Source: a virus
Taxonomy: Duplodnaviria > Heunggongvirae > Uroviricota > Caudoviricetes
Virus record (IMG/VR): IMGVR_UViG_2548876946_000006
Location: 1-5,164 of that record
Length of the DNA stretch: 5,164 nt
Strand: one strand, 5' to 3'
Positions 1-4,966 of the stretch are shown here, piece after piece; position 1 is the stretch's first letter, and each line of letters begins with the position of its first letter. A model generated the notes under the pieces. It made no database searches. It had not been told where the DNA came from and saw only the letters and a program-made list of their open reading frames with translations. The position numbers and the translations under genes are program-made.

Positions 1-63
1 GCAGCCTGAGTTCACAGATAAAACACTCTCCAGGAAAACCGGGGCGGTTCAGTGCAGTAAGTA

Positions 64-666
64 ATGAGCTATTTTCTGCGCAAAAAATGGATGGTAAATT
101 TGTCCGGGTCAGGAAAAATTTTATGGGCGCTAAACATGAAAAAAGATTCGTATCCTTATTTGATTTGCATGACAGTTTCAGGGCTGATCTTTATTTTCCT
201 TTTCTTCTGGTGGCGGGCAGATATCTACAGGGTCACGTTTCTTAATCAGAGTATATCCCACTATTACATTCTGTTTAGCATGGGAATAGCTTTTCTGTTA
301 TCTCTGTTTTGGGTTAAGAAGGGGATAGTAAAACAAAGAGGCTGGAAGAGTCTGTCAGCATACCTTAAGGTTTATGCAGGGATGTGCATATTTGCTGGAT
401 TTTTTCTGATTATACCCCTTACGACACTAACTTATTTTTTGCCTGGAGAGACATCGTCTTATGTTGCACCGTATCGGTATACTTCCGGTAGTTCAAAAAG
501 TTGTTCTGGAGCTGAGGTGGATGACCCCGAACTACATGAGAATATTCGCATTTGCTATCCGTATGGCAATTATGAGTACGATAATATTATCTATGTTGAA
601 AAGAAAATTAATATATTAGGTGCGGTAGTGACATATGCACAGACCGCGCGTGATGATACTGAATGA
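64..666 (+). CDS. Hypothetical membrane protein, 200 aa, with three hydrophobic helices and a C-terminal soluble domain of about 80 aa; AT-rich accessory (moron-like) gene convergent to the phage operon
   Basis: Longest plus-strand ORF in the window. Hydrophobic segments YLICMTVSGLIFIFLFFWW, YYILFSMGIAFLLSLFWV and GMCIFAGFFLIIPLTTLTYFL. Visibly lower GC than the Red genes. First in-frame ATG follows a TAA at 58-60; no clear Shine-Dalgarno, so the exact start is uncertain. A hairpin follows at 701-724. Confidence 0.55.
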   Translation: MSYFLRKKWMVNLSGSGKILWALNMKKDSYPYLICMTVSGLIFIFLFFWWRADIYRVTFLNQSISHYYILFSMGIAFLLSLFWVKKGIVKQRGWKSLSAYLKVYAGMCIFAGFFLIIPLTTLTYFLPGETSSYVAPYRYTSGSSKSCSGAEVDDPELHENIRICYPYGNYEYDNIIYVEKKINILGAVVTYAQTARDDTE

Positions 667-700
667 TATAGTATATAGCGGGCAAGTTTTAGTTAATTTA

Positions 701-724
701 TCGAGGTAATATAATTTACCTCGA
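701..724. terminator. Candidate bidirectional intrinsic terminator between convergent genes
   Basis: Perfect 9-bp inverted repeat TCGAGGTAA (701-709) / TTACCTCGA (716-724) with a 6-nt loop TATAAT. Flanked by CTCGTTTGTTCT on the plus strand and an A/T-rich tract on the other side. Lies between the stop of the plus-strand gene (666) and the stop of the minus-strand TraR-like gene (877). Confidence 0.4.
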
Positions 725-876
725 CTCGTTTGTTCTGGTATTAATATTTCGCTTTACGACCGATTTTTATCTGATGATATCATGCGGTTTTCATATACTG
801 ACTTACTGTCTTTTCTCCGTTAGCGATTTTCTCCTGCTCAGCGATGATTTTATCTTTGGCTTCTAGTTAATTTCGC

Positions 877-1098
877 TCACTTCGAACCTCTCTGTTTACT
901 GATAAGCTCCAGATCCTCCTGGCAACTTGCACAAGTCCGACAACCCTGAACGACCAGGCGTCTTCGTTCATCTATCGGATCGCCACACTCACAACAATGA
1001 GTGGCAGATATAGCCTGGTGGTTCAGGCGGCGCATTTTTATTGCTGTGTTGCGCTGTAATTCTTCAATTTCTGATGCTGAATCAATGATGTCTGCCAT
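877..1098 (-). CDS. TraR/DksA-family C4-type zinc-finger protein (73 aa)
   Basis: The stretch CECGDPIDERRRLVVQGCRTCASCQ has the CxxC...CxxC spacing and the PI-E-RR signature of F-plasmid TraR (CEACGNPIPEARRK...CVECQ) and of TraR-like proteins of lambdoid phages. An acidic/helical N-terminus precedes the finger. Stop TGA at 877-879. Confidence 0.75.
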   Translation of the reverse strand: MADIIDSASEIEELQRNTAIKMRRLNHQAISATHCCECGDPIDERRRLVVQGCRTCASCQEDLELISKQRGSK

Positions 1099-1146
1099 CT
1101 TCCATTAATCCCTGAATTGTTGGTTAATACGCTTGAGGGTGAATGC

Positions 1147-1175
1147 GAATAATAAAAAAGGAGCCTGTAGCTCCC
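1147..1175 (-). terminator. Candidate intrinsic terminator (minus strand) between the 71-aa gene and the TraR-like gene
   Basis: Minus-strand RNA reads GGGAGC-UACAG-GCUCCU (5 GC pairs plus one G-U pair) followed by UUUUUAUUAUU. It lies 22 nt downstream of the stop of the 71-aa gene. The stem is short, so the call is weak to moderate. Confidence 0.4.
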
Positions 1176-1196
1176 TGATGATTTTGCTTTTCATGT

Positions 1197-1412
1197 TCAC
1201 CGTTCCTTAAAGACGCCGTTCAACATGCCGATCGCCAGGCTTAAATGAGTCGGTGTGAATCCCATCAGCGTTACCGTTTCGCGGTGCTTCTTTAGTACGC
1301 TACGGCAAATGTCATCGACGTTTTTATCCGGAAACTGCTGTCTGGCTTTTTTGATTTCAGAATTAGCCTGACGGGCAATGCTGCGAAGGGCGTTATTATG
1401 TTCTATTGTCAT
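1197..1412 (-). CDS. Hypothetical small protein, 71 aa (MTIEHNNALRSIARQ...GMLNGVFKER), translationally coupled to the upstream TGT-like gene
   Basis: ATG at 1410-1412 is preceded by GAGG about 7 nt upstream, and that Shine-Dalgarno overlaps the TGA stop (1420-1422) of the 250-aa gene. The 117-aa ORF in the track (1197..1550) would overlap the upstream gene by about 130 nt, so the internal start is preferred. No family recognised. Confidence 0.55.
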   Translation of the reverse strand: MTIEHNNALRSIARQANSEIKKARQQFPDKNVDDICRSVLKKHRETVTLMGFTPTHLSLAIGMLNGVFKER

Positions 1413-1419
1413 ATTGGCC

Positions 1420-2172
1420 TCACACTTCGAATGCCAGTTGAGGGGTAAAGACGTCCCGTTCAGCGTTGTAATTAAGTGAACTGGCACTGTTGAATGATTC
1501 AATGCGTTCCACAAGAACTTGCGTACGGGTTTCTTTACTTGCGGGAGCATATGGCGAACCTACCCAGGATTTGTCGATGCCTATATTTCTTGCGACGTTC
1601 GTGCTGTCTGCAGACGAAAGCGGTACATGAGTAAAAATGTCTTTATTTAACATCCGTAACCCATGAATCTTGGTGATTGGGTAGCCGTACTGATCTACAA
1701 CATGACGTATAAGATCGCGTAGTTTAGCCCGACACGCTCTCGGTCGTTTTGCATCGTATTCCCCCATCGAGCCGATGCAGACGCGGGGAAACTCATGGCA
1801 CAGACGAATAAATCGCTCATCTGGTTCGTTCATGTGCCACACCGGAGCACCAATAAATTTACCGTGAGGCCATGCCGCAATCAGGGCGTCATTCTCTTCA
1901 CTGGTTCCGCCGATAACATCCGGGATAACCGCGAATGAGAAACGAGGGTGATTACCCCAGCGTTCAACAAATCTGTAATATTCATTCCAGTCTACGGCCT
2001 TGTTTTTTGTCCAGAATGTGAATGCACCATTATCAAGAGCAAATGATTGGGTGACTTCGGAAGCCAGATCAATCTGAGCTGGATTAGCAAAACTGATGAA
2101 TGCGTGTCTGCCTTTCCAGGCTTTCAACGCACAGGTATCGGGAGTTATTGGACCACCGTGAAAATGAATCAT
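1420..2172 (-). CDS. 250-aa protein, candidate TGT-like (tRNA-guanine transglycosylase fold, DpdA-like) transglycosylase; function inferred from motifs only
   Basis: Strong Shine-Dalgarno GGGAGAG 6 nt upstream of the ATG at 2170-2172. The start overlaps the TGA of the preceding small ORF (ATGA). Motifs appear in the same N-to-C order as in E. coli Tgt: LDNGAF (D47) vs TDSGGF, VIPDVIGG (D85) vs IFDEC/IIQG, CIGSMGE vs AVGGLAVGE, KIHGLRML vs RYLMGVG, SADSTNVARNIG (D189) vs FDCVMPTRNARNG. The protein is about 125 aa shorter than Tgt and has no CxCxxC...H zinc subdomain. The gene call is solid; the functional call is tentative. Confidence 0.8.
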   Translation of the reverse strand: MIHFHGGPITPDTCALKAWKGRHAFISFANPAQIDLASEVTQSFALDNGAFTFWTKNKAVDWNEYYRFVERWGNHPRFSFAVIPDVIGGTSEENDALIAAWPHGKFIGAPVWHMNEPDERFIRLCHEFPRVCIGSMGEYDAKRPRACRAKLRDLIRHVVDQYGYPITKIHGLRMLNKDIFTHVPLSSADSTNVARNIGIDKSWVGSPYAPASKETRTQVLVERIESFNSASSLNYNAERDVFTPQLAFEV

Positions 2173-2327
2173 ACACTCTCCCGTTTATTATTTATCTCCT
2201 CAGCCAGCCGCTGTGCTTTCAGTGGATTTCTGATAACAGAAAGGCCGGGAAATACCCAGCCTCGCTTTGTAACGGAGTAGATGAAAGTGATCGCGCCTAC
2301 CCGGATATTATCGTGAGGATGCTTCAT
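2169..2327 (-). CDS. Small orf60a-like protein (52 aa), translationally coupled to exo upstream and to the TGT-like gene downstream
   Basis: Hand translation gives [52 protein letters not shown]. The ATG at 2325-2327 overlaps the exo stop (ATGA), the same geometry as lambda orf60a relative to exo, with GGGGAG 8 nt upstream. The stop TGA at 2169-2171 overlaps the ATG of the 250-aa gene. It is shorter than lambda orf60a, which suggests the C-terminus diverges. It is below the ORF-track length cutoff. Confidence 0.5.
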   Translation of the reverse strand: MKHPHDNIRVGAITFIYSVTKRGWVFPGLSVIRNPLKAQRLAEEINNKRESV

Positions 2328-3004
2328 CGCCATTGCTCCCCAAATACAAAACCAATTTCAGCCAGTGCCACGTCCATTTTTTCGATGAACTCCGGCACCT
2401 TCTCGTCAAAATTCGCCATGTACTTTTCATTCCGCTCAATCACGACATAATGCAGGCCTTCACGCTTCATGCGCGGGTCATAGTTGGCAAAGTACCAGGC
2501 ATCTTTTCGCGTCACCCACATGCTGTACTGCACCTGGGCCATGTAAGCCGACTTTATGGCCTCGAAACCACCGAGCCGGAACTTCATGAAATCCCGGGAG
2601 GTAAACGGGCATTTCAGTTCAAGGCCGTTGCCGTCACTGCATAAACCATCGGGAGAGCAGGCGGTGCGCATACTTTCGTCGCGATAGATGATCGGGGATT
2701 CAGTAACATTCACGCCGGAAGTGAACTCAAACAGGGCTCTGGCGTCGTTCTCGTACTGTTTTCCCCAGGCCAGCGCCTTAGCATTAACTTCCGGAGCCAC
2801 ACCGGTGCAAACCTCAGCCAGCAGGGTGTGGAAGTAGGACATTTTCATGTCAGGCCACTTCTTTCCTGAGCGGGGCTTTGCTATCACGTTGTGAACTTCT
2901 GAAGCGGTGATGACGCCGAGCCGTAATTTGTGCCATGCATCATCCCCCTGTTCGACAGCTCTCACGTCGATCCCGGTACGCTGCAGGATAATGTCCGGTG
3001 TCAT
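2324..3004 (-). CDS. exo: Lambda-type 5'-3' exonuclease (Red alpha), 226 aa
   Basis: Translation [40 protein letters not shown]...GFVFGEQWR matches lambda Exo as I recall it. The start overlaps the bet stop (ATGA at 3001-3004) and AAGGTGG lies upstream inside bet. Confidence 0.97.
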   Translation of the reverse strand: MTPDIILQRTGIDVRAVEQGDDAWHKLRLGVITASEVHNVIAKPRSGKKWPDMKMSYFHTLLAEVCTGVAPEVNAKALAWGKQYENDARALFEFTSGVNVTESPIIYRDESMRTACSPDGLCSDGNGLELKCPFTSRDFMKFRLGGFEAIKSAYMAQVQYSMWVTRKDAWYFANYDPRMKREGLHYVVIERNEKYMANFDEKVPEFIEKMDVALAEIGFVFGEQWR

Positions 3005-3786
3005 GCTGCCACCTTCTGCTCAGTGGCTTTCTGTTTCAGGAATCCAAGAGCTTTCACTGCTTCGGCCTGTGTCAGTTCTGACGATGCGCGAATGTCGCGG
3101 CGAAATATCTGGGAACAGAGCGGCAATAAGTCGTCATCCCATGTTTTATCCAGGGCGATCAGCAGAGTGTTAATCTCCTGCATGGTTTCATCGTTAACCG
3201 GAGTGATGTCGCGTTCCGGCTGACGTTCTGCAGTGTATGCAGTATTTTCGACAATGCGCTCGGCTTCATCCTTGTCATAGATACCAGCAAATCCGAAGGC
3301 CAGACGGGCACACTGAATCATGGCTTTATGCCGTAACATCCGTTTGGGATGCGACTGCCACGGCCCCGTAATTTCTCTGCCTTCGCGGGTTTTGAATGGT
3401 TCGCGGCGGCATTCATCCATCCATTCGGTAACGCAGATCGGATGATTACGGTCCTTGCGGTAAATCCGGCATGTACAGGATTCATTGTCCTGCTCAAAGT
3501 CCATGCCATCAAACTGCTGGTTTTCATTGATGATACGGGACCAGCCATCAACGCCCACCACCGGAACGATGCCGTTCTGCTTGTCAGGGAAGGCGTAAAT
3601 TTCTTTCGTCCACGGATTAAGGCCGTACTGGTTGGCGACGATCAACAATGCGATGAACTGCGCATCGCTGGCATCGCCTTTAAATGCCGTCTGGCGAAGA
3701 GTGGTGATCAGTTCCTGTGGGTCGACAGAATCCATGCCGACACGTTCAGCCAGCTTCCCAGCCAGCGTTGCGAGTGCTGTACTCAT
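3001..3786 (-). CDS. bet: Lambda-type single-strand annealing protein Bet (Red beta), 261 aa
   Basis: Translation [38 protein letters not shown]...KATEQKVAA matches lambda Bet. GAGG Shine-Dalgarno upstream of the ATG at 3784-3786. Five nt separate it from the gam stop. Confidence 0.97.
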   Translation of the reverse strand: MSTALATLAGKLAERVGMDSVDPQELITTLRQTAFKGDASDAQFIALLIVANQYGLNPWTKEIYAFPDKQNGIVPVVGVDGWSRIINENQQFDGMDFEQDNESCTCRIYRKDRNHPICVTEWMDECRREPFKTREGREITGPWQSHPKRMLRHKAMIQCARLAFGFAGIYDKDEAERIVENTAYTAERQPERDITPVNDETMQEINTLLIALDKTWDDDLLPLCSQIFRRDIRASSELTQAEAVKALGFLKQKATEQKVAA

Positions 3787-3791
3787 CCGTT

Positions 3792-4208
3792 TTATACCTC
3801 TGAATCAATATCAACCTGATGGTGAGCAATGGTTTCAACCATGTACCGGATGTGTTCTGCCATGCGCTCCTGAAACTCAACATCGTCATCAAACGCACGG
3901 GTAATGGCTTTTTTGCTGGCCCCGTGGCGTTGCAAATGATCGATGCATAGCGATTCAAACAGGTGCTGGGGCAGGCCTTTTTCCATATCGTCTGCCAGTT
4001 CTGCCTCTTTCTCTTCACGGGCGATCTGCTGGTAGTGACGCGCCCAGCTCTGAGCCTCAAGACGATCCTGAATGTAATAAGCGTTCATGGCTGAACTCCT
4101 GAAATAGCTGTGAAAATATCGCCCGCGAAATGCCGGGCTGATTAGGAAAACAGGAAAGGGGGTTAGTGAATGCTTTTGCTTGATCTCAGTTTCAGCATTA
4201 ATATCCAT
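3792..4208 (-). CDS. gam: Gam, RecBCD inhibitor; long form GamL 138 aa, with the short form GamS starting at the internal ATG at 4088
   Basis: Translation [55 protein letters not shown]...[10 protein letters not shown] matches lambda Gam. The internal Met41 start (ATG 4086-4088) has AGGAG 7 nt upstream, whereas the long-form start at 4208 has no Shine-Dalgarno and lies inside kil. Confidence 0.95.
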   Translation of the reverse strand: MDINAETEIKQKHSLTPFPVFLISPAFRGRYFHSYFRSSAMNAYYIQDRLEAQSWARHYQQIAREEKEAELADDMEKGLPQHLFESLCIDHLQRHGASKKAITRAFDDDVEFQERMAEHIRYMVETIAHHQVDIDSEV

Positions 4209-4306
4209 TTTTTATAAGCGTCGACGGCTTCACGAAACATCTTTTCATCGCCAATAAAAGTGGCGATAGTGAATTTAGTCTGGATAGCCATAAGTGTTTG
4301 ATCCAT
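4163..4306 (-). CDS. kil: Kil, host cell-division (FtsZ) inhibitor, 47 aa
   Basis: Translation [47 protein letters not shown] matches lambda Kil. ATG at 4304-4306 with AGGAG 8 nt upstream. The 3' 46 nt overlap the gam start. The 89-aa track ORF 4163..4432 is this frame extended upstream without a ribosome-binding site. Confidence 0.85.
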   Translation of the reverse strand: MDQTLMAIQTKFTIATFIGDEKMFREAVDAYKKWILMLKLRSSKSIH

Positions 4307-4439
4307 TTTTTGGGACTCCTGGCTGATTAAGTATGTCGATAAGGCGTTTCCATCCGTCACGTAATTTACGGGTGATTCGTTCAAGTAAAGATTCGGAAGG
4401 GCAGCCAGCAACAGGCCACCCTGCAATGGCATATTGCAT
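4275..4439 (-). CDS. cIII: CIII, inhibitor of FtsH-mediated CII degradation, 54 aa
   Basis: Hand translation from the ATG at 4437-4439: [54 protein letters not shown], stop TAA at 4275-4277. AGGAG lies directly upstream (revcomp of 4446-4450). It overlaps the kil 5' end by 32 nt in another frame. It is not in the ORF track because it is under 60 aa. Confidence 0.9.
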   Translation of the reverse strand: MQYAIAGWPVAGCPSESLLERITRKLRDGWKRLIDILNQPGVPKNGSNTYGYPD

Positions 4440-4459
4440 GGTGTGCTCCTTATTTATAC

Positions 4460-4488
4460 ATAACGAAAAACGCCTCGAGTGAAGCGTT
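4460..4488 (-). terminator. Candidate intrinsic terminator between ea10 and cIII (tL2/tL3-like position)
   Basis: Minus-strand RNA AACGCUU-CACUCG-AGGCGUU (7-bp stem including one G-U pair) followed by UUUCGUUAU. It sits in the 72-nt gap between the ea10 stop and the cIII ribosome-binding site. Confidence 0.4.
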
Positions 4489-4511
4489 ATTGGTATGCGG
4501 TAAAGCCGCGC

Positions 4512-4877
4512 TTAGGCGGCTGATGTTTCTTCTTTCAGGCTTTCGAGATATTTACGTGGGTCGTCGTAACATTGGCATTCGCTGTACCAATCCACCCAGC
4601 GATCAGTAAGCCCCATCTCTGATAAATCTTCATCGGTAAGGCTCTCATCCCACATCTCAAGGCCGTTAGCATTGCAGTAATCAGGCTTGATGTTGTTGTC
4701 ATACTGAAAGGCGTCATAATCAGCCAGTGCGTCCATCAGACGAACACCCTCTTCAACACTTGCCACTTCTACAATGAACGGCTTCATAGGTACTTGCGGG
4801 ATATGCCAGACACGTAATTTCATATATCCTCCGTCAAAAAAATTGCCCTCACACTGGAGGGCAAAGAAGATTTCCAA
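4512..4877 (-). CDS. ea10: Ea10 (Ssb-like single-stranded DNA-binding early protein); maximal ORF 121 aa, with the likely translated start at the internal ATG at 4823 (103 aa)
   Basis: Translation ...MKLRVWHIPQVPMKPFIVEVASVEEGVRLMDALADYDAFQYDNNIKPDYCNANGLEMWDE...KEETSAA matches lambda Ea10. The internal ATG at 4821-4823 is preceded by GGAGGATAT. The 18 upstream codons of the maximal ORF contain the terminator hairpin at 4843-4864. Confidence 0.85.
   Translation of the reverse strand: MEIFFALQCEGNFFDGGYMKLRVWHIPQVPMKPFIVEVASVEEGVRLMDALADYDAFQYDNNIKPDYCNANGLEMWDESLTDEDLSEMGLTDRWVDWYSECQCYDDPRKYLESLKEETSAA
4836..4864 (-). terminator. Strong candidate intrinsic terminator (minus strand) immediately upstream of the ea10 ribosome-binding site (tL2-cluster-like)
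   Basis: Minus-strand RNA UUGCCCUC-CAGUGU-GAGGGCAA (perfect 8-bp stem, 6-nt loop) followed by UUUUUUU. This is a textbook rho-independent terminator that would be read through under N-type antitermination. Confidence 0.55.
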
Positions 4878-4924
4878 TAATCAGAACAAGTCGGCTCCTG
4901 TTTAGTTACGAGCGACATTGCTCC

Positions 4925-4952
4925 GTGTATTCACTCGTTGGAATGAATACAC
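4925..4952. repeat. Perfect 9-bp inverted repeat GTGTATTCA / TGAATACAC with a 10-nt spacer
   Basis: Read directly from the sequence. It lies between the stop of the truncated right-end ORF (4967) and the terminator/ea10 start region. Function unknown (protein-binding palindrome or RNA stem-loop). Confidence 0.5.
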
Positions 4953-4966
4953 AGTGCTTATTCGTA

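Noticed and set aside
1-63. Promoter for the plus-strand membrane-protein gene, or attachment site/xis remnant at the left edge
   Set aside because: Only a weak TTCACA -35-like hexamer is present, without a properly spaced -10, and there is no recognisable att core or integrase arm-type repeats. There is too little sequence upstream to judge.
1197-1550. 117-aa version of the small gene starting at 1550
   Set aside because: The extension would overlap the last ~130 nt of the 250-aa gene in another frame and lacks a Shine-Dalgarno. The internal ATG at 1412 has a coupled ribosome-binding site, so the 71-aa form is preferred.
2047-2450. Plus-strand ORFs 2047..2280 (77 aa) and 2100..2450 (116 aa)
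   Set aside because: They lie antisense to the TGT-like gene, the orf60a-like gene and the exo 3' end, have no ribosome-binding site and no recognisable protein features. They are shadow ORFs of the minus-strand genes.
2333-3223. Plus-strand ORFs 2333..2644, 2907..3173 and 2930..3223
   Set aside because: They are antisense to exo and bet, whose identity is secure. Their translations are low-complexity with no start signals.
3318-4060. ORFs 3318..3551 (-), 3349..3819 (+), 3632..3904 (+) and 3746..4060 (-)
   Set aside because: They are alternative-frame or antisense ORFs inside bet and gam. The real frames are established by the match to lambda Bet and Gam.
4163-4432. 89-aa ORF spanning the kil frame
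   Set aside because: Only the last 47 codons correspond to Kil (ATG at 4306 with AGGAG upstream). The upstream part is the cIII region read in the wrong frame.
4504-4521. Hairpin AGCCGC-GCTTAG-GCGGCT overlapping the ea10 stop codon
   Set aside because: On the transcribed (minus) strand it is not followed by a U-tract, and the candidate terminator at 4460-4488 explains termination in this gap better. It is probably incidental or a minor RNA structure.
4535-4717. Minus-strand 60-aa ORF inside ea10 in another frame
   Set aside because: It is fully embedded in the ea10 coding frame, with no ribosome-binding site. It is an out-of-frame artefact.
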